Part shown: in pieces, positions 37,338-50,400 of the stretch
Layout of the letters: every line of letters starts with the position of its first letter
Position numbering within the stretch: the first letter of the stretch is position 1
DNA from: Hemiscyllium ocellatum
Lineage: Eukaryota
NCBI RefSeq assembly: GCF_020745735.1
Contig: NC_083409.1
Coordinates: forward strand, 20,108,341-20,172,340
Length of the DNA: 64,000 bases
Direction: 5' to 3'
Notes under the pieces: model-generated
What the model saw: only the letters and a program-made list of their open reading frames with translations
What the model was told of the DNA's origin: nothing
The model's database searches: none
Position numbers and translations under genes: made by a program

Positions 37338-38415
37338 AAAGGTGACTGTCAAACGGCGGTGCTTGGACCCGACGTAGTGCACTAGTTGGAGGATGCTCAG
37401 GTGTGCAGTGGGATCCTGTCCGCGCTCACCCAGCCCGGACGGAATTTCACACTGGCCCCAAGGTCCCGTACTTCCCGCGGGAGCCTGTGCCCCACAACCT
37501 GAGCCGCCTCCGTAATTTTAATTTTGTCCCCTTCAAGGACGTTAAAAGGCGGGTCCTGTACAGACTGCTGCTGCACACCGTCCACCTCTTCTCCCTCATC
37601 CACCGCCCGGACACGCCCTGGTGTGCCCATTTGCCACCGGGCGGTGGGGATCCCCAGTGGAGGGCCCTCTACGCTGGAGTCCTCCCCCTTTCTCTCGGGG
37701 ATCTGGGGTGGAGGGTGCTGCACGCAGCAGTCCCCTGCAACCGCAGATTGCGGTGGTTCACGGACTCCCAGCCCAACTGCTTGTTCTGTGGCGCTGTGGA
37801 GTCCGTGGACCATGTGTATATTGGGTGTGGGCGTTTGCACTCCCTTTTTGATTTTCTTTAAAACCTTCTCCTCTGCTTTTGGTTGCACTTCAGTCCCACG
37901 CTCCTGATCTTCGGGCACCCGGTGCGGAGGAGGGAGGGCAGGTCTGAAGACCTCCTCGTGGGTCTGCTCCTGGGCCTGGCCAAACTGGCCATAAACAGGT
38001 CCAGACAGCGGGCCGTGGAGGGGGTCGTTAGGGCCGACTGCCTGCCCCTCTTCCGCGGTTACGTTAGGGCCCGGGTGTCCTTGGAGAAGGAGCACGCGGT
38101 GTCCACCAACACCCTGGAGTTGTTCAGGGAGAGGTGGGCGCCACAGGGAGTGGAGTGCATCATTTCCCCCTCCAACGCTATTTTAATTTAGTCCTTGCCC
38201 TCCCCTTCACTGTTTTGATCACACAGCATTGCCCTTTGATGTGAAGGGCACTGCTTGTCACAGGCCACTCGGGTGTTTTCCTACTTTTCCTGGTGGTGGA
38301 AATTGATTAAAGATTTGTACACCTTGTCTCTCACTGTGTCTCACACCTGCGCACACACACCATGGGTGCTGGGGTTTAAAATAATAAGCACTACCGCAGT
38401 TAGGCGGTAGTGTGG
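37338..38415 (+). mobile_element. Tx1 LINE 3' fragment, copy 2
   Basis: Same 5' truncation point as copy 1; in-frame TAA at 37859-37861; A-rich tail. Confidence 0.88.
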
Positions 38416-38479
38416 GGGAAAAAAAAGAAAAATATAACCACATTAGTGTAAAAAAAAAGAAAAAGGGAAAAAAGAAGAG

Positions 38480-38605
38480 GAGTGCCAGGGCCCTGCTTGT
38501 CACTGGCCACTCGGGTGTTTTCCTATCTTCCTGGTGGTGGAAATTGAATAAAGATTCATGCACTTTGTGTCTCTCACTGTGTCTCACACCTGCACACACA
38601 CACCA
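38480..38605 (+). mobile_element. Tx1 3' UTR-only fragment
   Basis: gggcactgcttgtcac...cacacacac segment between two A-rich tracts. Confidence 0.8.
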
Positions 38606-38649
38606 AAAAAAAAGAAAGAAAAAAAAGAAAGAGAGAAAAAAAAAAGAAA

Positions 38650-39641
38650 AGGGGACTGTCAAACGGCGGTGCTTGGACCCAACGTAGTGCACTAGTTGGA
38701 GGATGCTCAGGTGTGCAGTGGGATCCTATCCGCGCTCACCCAGCCCGGACGGAATTTCACACTGGCCCCAAGGTTCCGTACTTTCCGCGGGAGCCTGTGC
38801 CCCACAACCTGAGCCACCTCCGGAATTTTAATTTAGTCCCTTTTAAGGATGTAAAGGCGGGCCCCGTATCGACTGCTGCTGCACACCGTCCATCTCTTCT
38901 CCCTTATCCACCATCCGGACACGCCTTGGCGTGCCCATTTGCCACCAGGCGGTGGAGATCCCCAGTGGAGGGCTTTCTACGTAGGAGTCCTCCCCCTTTC
39001 TCTTGGGGATCTGGAGTGGAGGGTGCTGCACGCAGCGGTCCCCTGCAACTGCTGATTGCGGTGGTTCACGGACTCCGGGCCCAACTGCTTGTTCTGTGCA
39101 GCTGTGGAGTCCTTGGACCATGTGTATATTGGGTGTGGGCATTTGCACTCCCTTTTTGATTTTCTTAAAAACCTCCTCCTCTGCTCGTGGGTCTGCTCCT
39201 GGGCCTGGCCAAACAGGTCCAGGCAGCGGGCCGTGGAGGGGGTCATTTGTGCCGACTGCCTGCCCCTCTTCCGCGGTTACGTTAGAGCCCGGGTGTCCTT
39301 GGAGAAGGAGCACGCGGTCTCCACCAACACCCTGGAGTTGTTCAGGGAGAGGTGGATGCCGCAGGGAGTGGAGTGTATTATCTCCCCCTTCAACTCTATT
39401 TTGATTTAATCCCTGCCCTCCTTGATCACTGCTTGATCACACAGCATTGCCCTTTGATGCGAAGGCCACTGCTCGTCACAGGCCACTCGGGTGTTTCCTT
39501 TCTTCCTGGTGGTGGAAACTGAATAAAGATTCATACACCTTGTTCTCTCACTGTGTCTCACACCTGCACACACACACATGGGTGCTGGGAAAAAATAAGC
39601 ATGACCGCAGTTAGGCGGTACTGTGAGGTAATAGAAAAAAA
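38650..39641 (+). mobile_element. Tx1 LINE 3' fragment, copy 3
   Basis: Same 5' end. Has frameshifts and an internal deletion at ~39185 that removes FWLHFSP...EDL. Confidence 0.88.
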
Positions 39642-40497
39642 ATAAACAGGAGTGTCAGAGGTTCTAAAATAAAGGGGAGTGTCAGAAGGACTGATACTCT
39701 GGTATCTGACTCTGAATAACAACCTGACAACCAACCCCCCTCCTTCTGTCACCCTCAATCTCCCCATGCTTACTCTTGATGCCCCTTTGATCCAGCCTGT
39801 GCTGCCTTTGGAAGAGGCTGACCTTCCCTCCCTACCTCACCCAGGAACATGGTCATCATCCTGAAGGAGCACAGTCATGTTTTTAACCTGAGGGGCATCA
39901 CAGCTGGGACAGGAGGAGAGAACTTGGCACCTTCATGGTGGTCATCCCTGTCATTAATCCACTGCAACCTCTCTTGGGGCTGCAAGAATTCAACCTCCCT
40001 CCCTCAGACAGCCTCCCTCCCTGGAAGGTAATATTGCTGCTCCTAATTTCGGGCTAATTGACAACTGAAATACAACTGTGGTGAGCCAGCATTGGCTGGG
40101 CAGGCAGCCACTACTGCTCTGAACCTGTACCCAGAAAATCCCCTTGTAATTGGGCAACTCATTAGGGAGCACAGTGCCCACTGCCTCTGAAATCCCTCCC
40201 TTACCGAGAATACACTCTCAGCTGTCATCTGAATTTACTATAAACACTGTGTCCCATGATACTGCCCCACCAGCTACCTGATGAAGGAACAGCGCACCGA
40301 GTACTTCTTCTTCCAAATAAACCTGTTTGACTCAAAGTGGTATTGTGTGCTTTTTAACTTTTGCCATCTGAATGAACTGCCTCTCAGACTGAATCAGCTG
40401 AGCTGTTTTTCATTCATGATTTGAGATGATTAAAGTTTCATCTTCAATCCCCAGCACAAAGCCCATTCTCAATCCATCGCTCGGAGACACAGACCTC

Positions 40498-40712
40498 AGA
40501 GAGACACCTACAGACAGCACAGAGTAACACACTCACACTGAGAGAGACACCTACAGGCAGCACAGAGTACCACACGCGCACTGAGAGAGACACAGGCAAC
40601 ACAGAGTAACACACTCGCACTGAGAGAGACACCTACAGGCAGCACAGAGTAACACACTCACACTGAGAGAGACGCCTACAGGCAGCATAAAGTAAAACAT
40701 TCACACTGTGAG
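40498..40712. repeat. ~42-bp minisatellite, 5 units
   Basis: agagagacacctacaggcagcacagagtaacacactcacactg repeats; one clear unit at ~7170-7215 in unit 1. Confidence 0.9.
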
Positions 40713-41067
40713 AGACACAGCCGACAATGTCTGTGAATGACTGAAGATTGTTTCGGGGGCTACCCAACATGCCGCAAAGATTGCACAGTGCGATCCCATC
40801 AGCTGGGCCTGGAGGGAATGTGTCGGATTGTACTTATTGAGTCCTAACAAATTTCAGTTTCTGTTCTTTTTGGAATCTTGTAATCTACATAAATTCCTGA
40901 CCAAAGGGATCATTTGAAAATGATTAATGACTGATGATTGTAATTGATTGGCAGGCCAACCAGCCAATCTTGACAATGATCTGATGAAATGCAGTCAATC
41001 AACGTGGGGAGGCAGGGAAGGTCATTTATTTCCAAAGCATACAGAGACAGAGACTGAAATCTTCATC

Positions 41068-41073
41068 TTTATT
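41068..41073 (-). terminator. Probable polyadenylation signal for C2
   Basis: Paralogous tttatt in the conserved 3' UTR block. Confidence 0.55.
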
Positions 41074-41594
41074 CCCTTTTCCACATTCACATTGACAGAA
41101 AAAAACCTGCAATTAACAGCCCAGACAGAGGAAGCTGCTCAAAATCACAGCCACATTGGAGCTTAAGGAAAACACTTGTGGAGATTTGCTCAATAACATG
41201 AAAATTCTGTTCCTTTAAACAGTGACAAAACCCTAAATTGGAACTGACAGCTAAGCAGGAAGACGATCTGGTTTACTGAAGCAGAGACTTCTGAGGTTCA
41301 CATTATTTTGTACAGCTGACAGTCTTCAGCAACTTCAAGAGATTTTACTTGGCATAGAATCAACACTTCCCCATCAAACACTCCCCGGACAAGGACAGCA
41401 TGAGCTTTGACATAGGGCAAAGTCTCTCGACACTGTCGCAGTGACCTACTTCAACATCCAAACCTCAGACGTATCTCTGAGCAGTCCTGAGAAGGAAGAG
41501 AGTTGAAATTCAGTGCTGACAATGACCTTTGTCCTGCCAGCTCAGCCCTGTTCTATTTAAAGTTGTGTCTCCTCTGTGGACTGTCTTGAACACT

Positions 41595-41900
41595 CTACAC
41601 ACATTCTGATCTCCTGATGCTCTTGCTGAGGGGAGAGGGGAGGAGAAGCGAGCGTTGGACTCCCAGTCAGATCCAGAGAGGGTTAGCAGGCTGCTGACAC
41701 TGTAGGTGCTGTCCGAAGCTCGCAGGTAGTTGCTGGTCTGAACCCCGTCCGAAATGACTACACCGTCCTTTTTCCACTGCACCTCCAGCTCATCGGGTAG
41801 AAGTGATTGGCAAGGCACACCAGGGTGGCAGTGCCCTTGGCATTGACCTGCTCCGGGGAGGGGGGCAGCAGGGTCAGCTTGGGCTGAGAGTTCTCACGGC
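41595..41900 (-). pseudogene. IGKC: Ig kappa-type light chain constant exon, copy C2, pseudogene
   Basis: Same acceptor and stop as C1 but 306 nt instead of 329. There is a 1-nt deletion at 41797/41798 (in the FYPD codons) and a 22-nt deletion at ~41643 between agg microhomologies that removes the second domain Cys (SCALTHVT). Confidence 0.93.
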
Positions 41901-42087
41901 CTGAAAGACAAGAGAAACAATTTTAATCCCTGCCAAACAAATGGATTTTGACTCTCAGTATATTCACTGGCAATACAATCTTATTGAACATTTGTAGTCA
42001 ATACAGAATAAACCCGATGAAAGGGCAGGTATTGTTCAAATTGCATCTTGGGATATAAGAGTCACTGCCAGCTCCAGCATTTATTGC

Positions 42088-45000
42088 CCATCCCAACCTG
42101 ATAACCACCTCGGATATTGGAAGGAAATGCCCAGGGAGCAGGTTAACATGGTGCAAAAAGCTTTTCAGCTGAAGCTTCAGTGTTTGCGCTCAATGTGCAT
42201 TATCACTTGCTCACTGCTCCCCTTTTACATGATAATGGAGAGAGAACTCTTGTTGATGCAGTTTTTTTTAGTGTGTCAGGATATTCAAAGCTGTGAGCGT
42301 AGAACAGTCACGTTCATGGACAAGATGGTAAGGTCCCACAGATATGAAACAAATGACAAGACAAATCTGTTCTGGTGGCACGAGTTGAATTTTGAGCAGG
42401 GCCCCCGAGGGAATCTCTTCAGAATGGGATCTTGTTGAGCCCCCTGAGGTGGGGGTGGGGGTGGTTGAGGTATGATGGTGGTGGAGCCTCAAATGATGGT
42501 GCCAGAGACTGTGCAACTTTCAGCAGTGCACCCCAGTCTCAGCCTGGATTCTGTTCTCTCATTTCTGAGGTGGCTTTCAATCCGATGACCATTTTGACGA
42601 TGAGGCAGGAGCATTGTCCATGGGGCCACGGTCAGTAACAATGTAAACTGTGTGGCTCTGAAAGCCTAAGTCTGTATTTCAGCTCGGAAGGATATCAGCT
42701 CATTCATCAAGTCTGTTTCTGCCACTCTGCAGGCTGACCAGGCTGCCGGTGCCTTTCCAACACTCCCACGTTTCCTCTTGTGCCACAGCTCATTCTCCTG
42801 AGGGATAGTTTACTCGGAGTCAAAAAGTGTGGTGCTGGAAAAGTACAGCAGGTCAGGCAGTTGTGCTCAGGCCGAGGACATGACCTTGTCCCTCTGTCAG
42901 ATCCTCTTCGAGAAACTCATGGCTTACCACCGCCCTCTCCAGGACAGTCAGGGAAGGGCAACACCCACCCAATCCCAGGAGAAATCAAAATAAATTAGCT
43001 ATAATTCAAATTATCAAATTGGTGAGGCTTGAATTCATCTCTTTGAAAGACTGGAGCCTCGGTCAGAAACAGAACCATGACACGGGTGACCCTGGTTTGT
43101 CAGACTTCAAGGTGGTGTGTCCTTCGGATTGACACTGGGCTCAGCAAAAAATGAATTACACTCAAAAAATCTAACAACTGGCTATCAAAGCGTGCCCCCA
43201 AACTGCACAGAACAGCACTTGAGGCTTCGCGCTCCCGTCTCCATCCTTGCTTGTTGACCTTCCCCGGGGAAATATCTGGGAAGCACCTGACAGGTCATTC
43301 CCACTGGAATCCCCTGGAACGCCTGTGGGTTTATTCTCGGATAATGGAAGGAGTCATTACTCATCATCCTCAGTTGAAGTGCACATTCGCTATAGTTACT
43401 AGAAGGCAGCTGTTTCACTGTGCCTGAACAATATAAAGTCAGAAGGCACACAACACCAGGTTCTAGCCCAACAGGTTCATTTGAAATCATAAGCTTCTGA
43501 AGCGCTGCTCCTTCATCAGGTGTTCCCCAGTCCACCATCGGTATCCCCACATTACTGAACACTACAAATAAACTGGGGCTCTGCGAGGATCTAATTGGCT
43601 CCATCTGCAGAAACAAGGCAAGAGAGAGAACAGCTTTTGGACCAGGATACTTATTGCACCACAATGAAAATGCTCTGCATGCTATGATATATCAAAAAGA
43701 AGTACATTGGTGTGACTTTTGATTGTCTTCAAAACAAGTGCTGTTTTTTTTTCATTCTGTGATACACGGAGACAATGTTAGTATTGGGTATCACAAGGTA
43801 TGTTTCTTCCATTAAACACTTCCTAACACACCCTCTCCATCCTGCTTTACTCCTTATTGATTCTTCTACAATTGTCCCTGTTCCCTCACTCCGTCCCGGT
43901 CGCAGAGGGATTGATGGCTGGAATTCATGACCCCGCACTGTGTAAAGGTTGGTGTGAAGTGAGGCCAGTGTGTTGGAGTTTGGGCTCCTGCCTCAGGCCC
44001 AGGTGTAGGGACCTGTTCAACAATCTGCATATTGTCCTTTTTCTCTTTCTGAATGAACTGGATCAAGTTGCAGTATCGAGCTGACAACAAGGTGTCTTGT
44101 CTAAAATGTTCCCAGCACTGGGCACAAAACTGGTTGTGTCAGAGGAGACAGAGGGCAGTGATGGAAGGATGGATTTCAGAATGGAGGGCTGTGACTCGTG
44201 GGGTTCCACAGGGAACTCTGCTGTATATGGTCTACATAAATGATTTGGAGGAAAGCGTAGCTGGTCTAATTAGTAAGTTTACAATTGATACAAAGATTGG
44301 TAGAATTGCAGATAATGAGAAGGATTATCTAGGATATAGCAGGATAGAGATCAGTTGGATGCTTGGACAGAAAAATGGCAGATGTAGTTTAATCCAGACA
44401 AAGGTGAGGTGATGCATTTTGAAAGGTGATGTACAGGTGGGAATTATACAGTGAATTATACAGTGAATCCTTTGGAGTATTGATATGCAGAGGGATCTGG
44501 GTGTGCATATTCACAAATCACTGAAGGTTCCAGCACAGGGAGGTAAGGCAGTAAAAAAGGCTTATGGCCTGGTTGCCTTCATTGGAAGAGGCATTGAGTG
44601 TAAGGATAGACAAGTCATGCTGCAGCTTTATAGAACTTTAGTTCGGCCACACTTGGAATATGGCATACTGTTCTGGTTGCATAGAACTGCATACAGTCCA
44701 AAAAGAAGGATGTGGATGTTTTGAAGGCGGTGCAGAAAATGTTTACCAGGATATTGTCTGGTATGGGGGGATTGTAGTTCCGAAGAAAGGTTGGAGAGAC
44801 TGAGTTTGTTTTCACTGGAATGCAGGAAAATGAGGTGCATCCTGATAGAAGTTTACAGAGTTGTGAATGGGATAGGCAGAGTGGAAAATATGAGGCTTTT
44901 TCCCAGGGTGGAGGGGTCAAATACTAGGGGACACAGGTTCAAGGTGCAGGGGTTTGGGGGGAATTAATTGTACAGAGATGTACAAACCAAGTATTTCACA

Positions 45001-45362
45001 CAAAGGAAGTTGAGTACCTGGAACACACAGCCAGAGGAGGGGGTGGAAGCAGACACAATAGAAGTATTCAAGAAATACCTGCACTAATGCATGAATAGGA
45101 AGGGAATAGAGGGATATGAATCCTGTCGATGAAGATTGTTTCAGTATAGAAAGGCAAAATGTATCAGCACAGGCTTGGAGGACCGAAGGGCCTGTTCCTG
45201 TCCTGTATTGTTCCTTGTTCTTTGGTCCCTGCTGTTGAATTGGATTCTCGGGAGCCAGCTCCGTGTGAAGAGCCTGTTCTCATTCTTTTGTTGGAGTTCA
45301 TGGGGCAGCTGCTGCTTCCTTGCTACGTCACTGATCAAACCAACAATGCGGGGAGACTCATG
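42088..45362 (+). repeat. Left arm of a large diverged inverted repeat
   Basis: 42088-42960 = rc of 51205-52075; 43270-44110 = rc of ~48660-49500; 45150-45362 = rc of 47431-47640. Confidence 0.85.
44110..45200 (+). mobile_element. CR1 LINE 3' part (inverted paralog at 47575-48660)
   Basis: GVPQG, YINDL, ISKFTIDTKIG and LYRTLVRPHLEY motifs. Confidence 0.88.
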
Positions 45363-45799
45363 ATATTTTAAATACACTGTCTGCAGGAAAATGTTTGGCT
45401 GAGGTTTTAATATTGTTTAATAAGATAATGACATCAATACACCAGTGTTGTTTATGGCTGGGAACATTTAACATCATAATCCTTGTTTCAAATGGACTCT
45501 CACTCATGATAATACAATTTTCAATGGTTCTCCCCCTTTACGTGTTGTGAAGAGATTTATCAACATGTTTTGGTGAGGACAGTGCATCTTCATTGGAGGA
45601 TTATAAGATGATATCTTCAGGACACACGCACTAAACAACCCCACCACCCTGTGGTCGACCATTTCAACTCCCCCTCCCACTTGCTCAGGATATTCAAGTC
45701 CCTAGGCCTCCTCCACCGCCAAATTGAAGCCATCTAACAACTGGAGGAAGAACACCACATCTTCCACCTCGAGACCTCTAATGACACGGAATGAATGTT

Positions 45800-46419
45800 A
45801 TAGAGTCATAGAGTCATAGGGATGTACAGCACGGAAACAGACCCTTCGGTCCAACCCGTTCATGCCGACCAGATATCCCAACCCAATCTAGTCCCACCTG
45901 CCAGTACCTGGCCCATCTCCCTCCAAACCCTTCCTATTCATATACCCATCCAAATGCCTCTTAAATGTTCCAATTGTCCAAGCCGCCACCACATCCTCTG
46001 GCAGCTCATTCCATACACGTACCATCCTCTGCGTGAAAAAGTTGCCCCTGAGGTCTCTTTTATATCTTTCCCCTCTCACCCTAAACCTATGCCCTCTAGT
46101 TCTGGACTCCCCAACCACAGGGAAAAGATGTTGTCTATTTATCCTATCTATGCCCCTCATAATTTTGTAAACCTCTATAAGGTCACCCCTCAGCCTCCGA
46201 TGTTCCAGGGCAAACAGCCCCAGCCTGTTCAGCCTCTCCCTGTAGCTTAGATCCTCCAACCCTGGCAACATCCTTGTAAATCTTCTCTGAACCCTTTCAA
46301 GTTTCACAACATATTTCCGATAGGAAAGAGACCAGAATTGCACGCAATATTCCAACAGTGGCCTAACCAATGTCCTGTACAGCCGCAACATGACCTCCCG
46401 ACTCCTGTATTCAATACTC
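45800..46419 (-). mobile_element. Young CR1 LINE 3' end nested in a Penelope remnant
   Basis: Uninterrupted LYRTLVRPLLEYCVQFWS...LERVQRRFTRMLPGL...RGDLIEVYKIM, (gactctat)n tail, and apparent 8-bp TSD tgaatgtt (45792-45799, 46420-46427). Confidence 0.9.
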
Positions 46420-47180
46420 TGAATGTTGATGTTACTTGTTTCCTCATCTCCACTCCCCCAGCTTATCCCAGATCCAACCCTCCAACTCGGCACCACCCTT
46501 TTGAACTGTCCTCCCTGTCCATCTTCCTTCCCACCTATCCACTCCACCCTTCACTCTGACCTATCACTGTCACCCCCCCACCTCCACGTATCTATTGCAA
46601 TCTTCATTACCTTTTCCCCAGCCCCAATTCCCTCCCATTTATCTCTCCGACTCCTCACTCCCTCCTCCCCATTCCTGATGAAGAGCTTATGCTCAAAATG
46701 TCGACTCTCCTGCTAAAGGGATACTGCCTGACCGGTCGTGCTTTTCCAGCGCTACATGATTTCACTCTGTGCTGTGGTAACAGTATGTTAAAGCCCAGCT
46801 CAAGTCATCCGTAATCTCAATCAAATCACAGGTCTAAGGTTGGTCAGTAATGTCTGGCCCCAGAACAATAACACTGACTGACTGGAGACAACCCAGATCA
46901 AGTCCTAGTGAGAGTGTTATTGACCTTCACACTCAAAGCCCACCAAGGAGGTAGTTGTTGTTAGTTTCAATGTTGCCACAGATTAAGTTCTCCCAGAGAC
47001 TCATAATTCCTTCTAGATTTTATACAAGGGAGGGGTGTTGTGGGGAGACAGATGGGAAGGCATGGAGAGGAAACAAAAAGGAGAGAGAATTGCACTTCTG
47101 TTACAAATTTAATGAGCTCAGGATGTTCAAAGATGTTGTACAGCTCATGGAATAATTCCAAAGTCTAGTCATTGTTGTAA

Positions 47181-47260
47181 TGGTGGGGGAGGGGGTGGGG
47201 GGTGTGGGGGAAGCGGAGTGGGGGGGGGGAGGGAGGCGGGGGAGGGGGGTAATAGGGGGG
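47181..47260 (+). repeat. G-run tract (G-quadruplex-capable)
   Basis: More than 8 runs of three or more G within 80 bp. Confidence 0.85.
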
Positions 47261-47430
47261 AATGACAGCATCCCCAAGCAGAAGGAATGCCAAAAATGCT
47301 ATCGCTATGAGAGTGGAAAGGTCGGGTGGAGACAATGACAGTGACCCCCTCCACAGAGAGAGGGGAAGGTACACTGACACATTTAAAACTGTATTAACGC
47401 AAGTGAGAAATCAAACAACCACCCACTCCA

Positions 47431-50400
47431 TCATGAGTCTTCCCGCATTGTTGGTTTGATCACTGATGTAGCAAGGAAGCAGGAACTGCCCTTGAACTCC
47501 AACAAAAGAATGAGAACAGGCTCTTCATACGGAGCTGGCTCCCGACAACCCACTTCAATAGCAGGGATCAAAGAACAAGGAACAATACAGCACAGGAACA
47601 GGCCCTTCGGCCCTCCCCGCCTGTGCTGACACATTTTGCCCTTCCTCTCTGAAACTGTATTCACCTACAGGATTCATATCCCTCTATTCCCTTCCTAGCC
47701 ATGTATTCATCCAGATGTTTCTTGAAAGCTGCTATTGCGTCTGCTTCCACCACCTCCACTGGCAGTGTGTTCCAGCCCCTCACCACCATTTGTGTGAAAA
47801 ATACTTCCCTCACACATCTGTTTTAAATCACCACCGCCCCCCACCACACACACCTTGAACCTGTGTCCCCTGGTAACTGACCCCTCTACCCTGGGAAAAC
47901 CCTCATATTCCCCACTCTCTCCATGCTATTTACAATTTCATCAATTTCTATTAGGTTACCCTACAACCTCCTGATTCCAATGAAAACAAATCCAGTCTAT
48001 CCAACCTTCCTTCATCACTACAACCCTCCATATCAGACAGCATTCTTGGTAATTTTTTTCTGTACCCTCTCCAAAGCATCGACATCCTTCTGGTCATGGT
48101 GACCAGAACCATATGCAATATTCCAAGTGTGGCCAAACTAAAGTTCAGTAAAGCTGCAGTATAACTTGTCTATTCTAATCCTCAGTGCTCCTCCCAATGT
48201 AGCCAAGAGTGCCATTGGCCTTTTTTACTACCTTAGGTGCTGCCACTATCAGTGATCTGTGAACGTGTACATCCAGATCCCTCTGCATTTCAATACTCCA
48301 ATGGATTCTGCCATTCACTGTGCAGGTATTCTGCCACCTGTATTTCATCTTTCAAAATGCATCATCTCACATTTATCTGGATTAAATGTCATCTTCCATT
48401 TTCTATCCATGCATCCAATTGATCTATGTCCTGCTGTATCCTCTGATAATCTGATCATTAACTGCAACTCCAGCAATATTTGTGGCATCCACAAACTCAT
48501 CAATTAGATGAGCCATGTTTTCATCCAACTCACTGATGGAGACTATGAACAGCAAAGGTCCCATCATTGATCCCTGTGAAACCCCACAAGACACAGCCCT
48601 CCATTCTGAAATCCATCCTTCCATCACTACCCTCTATCTCCTCTGACTCAGCCAGTTCTGTATCCAATGCTGGCAACATTCTAGACAAGACACCTTGTTG
48701 CCAGATCGCTACTGCAACTTGATCTAGTTCATTCAGAAAGAGACAAAGGACAATGTGCAGATTGTTGAACAGGCCCCTACACCTGGGCCTGAGGCAGGGG
48801 TCCAAGCTCCAACACACTGCACATGAAATTTAAGACAAAGTGAGGTCATGAAGTCTGTCCATATGTTCCTTTGGGACCGGAAAGGAGTGAGGAAATAGAG
48901 GCAATTGTAGAAGAGTCAATAAGGATTAAAGCAAGATGGAGAGAGAGTTTTTGAAAGCGGTTAGTGGAAAAAATATACTTTTTGCCACCCAATGCTGACA
49001 TACTCTCCGTGTATCACATCATGAATAAAATAGCACACTGTGAGGACAATTAAAAGTTACACCAAGGTACTTCTTTTTGATATATCATAGCACGCAGACC
49101 ATTTTCATTGTGGTGCATTTAGATATCCTGGTTCAAAAGATGTTCTCTCTCTCTCTGTCTCTGTCCTCGTTTGTACAGATCGAGCTGGTTAGATCCTCAC
49201 AGAGCCCCAGTTTATTTGGACTGTTCAGTAATGTGGAAATGCCGATGGCGGACTGATGAAGTAGCAGCGCTTTGGAAGCTTGTGATTTCAAATTAATCTA
49301 TTGGGCTAGAACCTGGTGTAGTGTGTCCTCTGACGTTGTATTGTTCGGGCACAGTGAAACAGCTGCTTTCTAGTTACTACGGAGGACCTGCACAGCTGCT
49401 GAAGACTATGGGTAATGACTCCTTCCATTAGCCACAAACACACCAGTAGTCATTCCAGTAGATTCCAGTGGGAATGACCAATCAGTTGCTTTGACCTAGT
49501 TCCCCAGTTAATCAGGCCACGGCTGACCTGGAATACATTCTCCCTTTGTCCTGTAAACCGTACTGCCCTGAGTAAATGAATATTGAAACCCAACCTCAAC
49601 AGCTTTTTATTTTGGATTGAGGGTTCAGGATTTCCATCACCCTGCCAGAAAGAATTTTTCCTGAAATCATCTGAATTACAATTTTAATAACCCTCTTGTT
49701 CTGGACTCTGGGACTGGAGAAAGCAATTTACATCAACATTGTTCATCATCTCTGGGGAAAATTCTCACTGATGTAACCTGTTCTCTCTCATTAACAGTTT
49801 CTGATCTGAAGGTGACATCACAGGCTGGACACTGAGAGGGTGGATCCTGTTATAGGGCAGACGAGGACTGGAGGGCCGGTTTAACACAAACCAGTCTCCT
49901 GTTTAAAGGGAAGGAGGGGTTTTCCTGCTGAGGGTTGATAGTGTGTGGAATTCTCTTCTCTACATGGGAATGGAGGTTCACTCATGGAGTTGGCACAAGG
50001 TTACAGTAGACAGATTTTTTGATGAACAAGGCAATTAAGGATAATGGGAGGGGATGGGGAAGCAGAAAGTACAGGCGAGACCATAACCAGATGAGCAGTG
50101 ATCTTCTTCATTGTCACAGCAGCTCCCAAAAGGCCTGCTCCTGCTCCTGGGTCCTATGTTCTGACAGAGGCTGCAGCAATCCTGGACCCCCATCTTTCCT
50201 TTGACACTCACTGACAAAAATGTAATTTTAAAATGAAAATTATTTTCTTGAATAAGACCAACTCAACTCTTGTTGCAGTCATTTTCTTTGCTAGCTTTTA
50301 ATTTCAACAGGGTTTTAGAAACATGTCATTTGTCTTATGTTGCAGTGGAGACAGACACAAGGCAGTGAGGCCTCAGAGAACACTGAGAGCTTTCGCTCTG

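Larger units (their letters stand above)
28470..42090 (+). repeat. Segmental duplication unit 2 (carries pseudogene C2)
   Basis: 30780-42090 is collinear with unit 1. It lacks ~1 kb equivalent to 1470-2500 and has the Tx1 array inserted. 28470-29760 matches 49480-50820 in reverse. Confidence 0.85.

Noticed and set aside
36269-39409. Numerous overlapping and antisense ORFs of 100-230 aa
   Set aside because: By-products of GC-rich Tx1 ORF2 sequence.
40498-40712. CRISPR-like or switch-region-like array
   Set aside because: Contiguous tandem units without unique spacers in a vertebrate genome, and light-chain loci have no switch regions.
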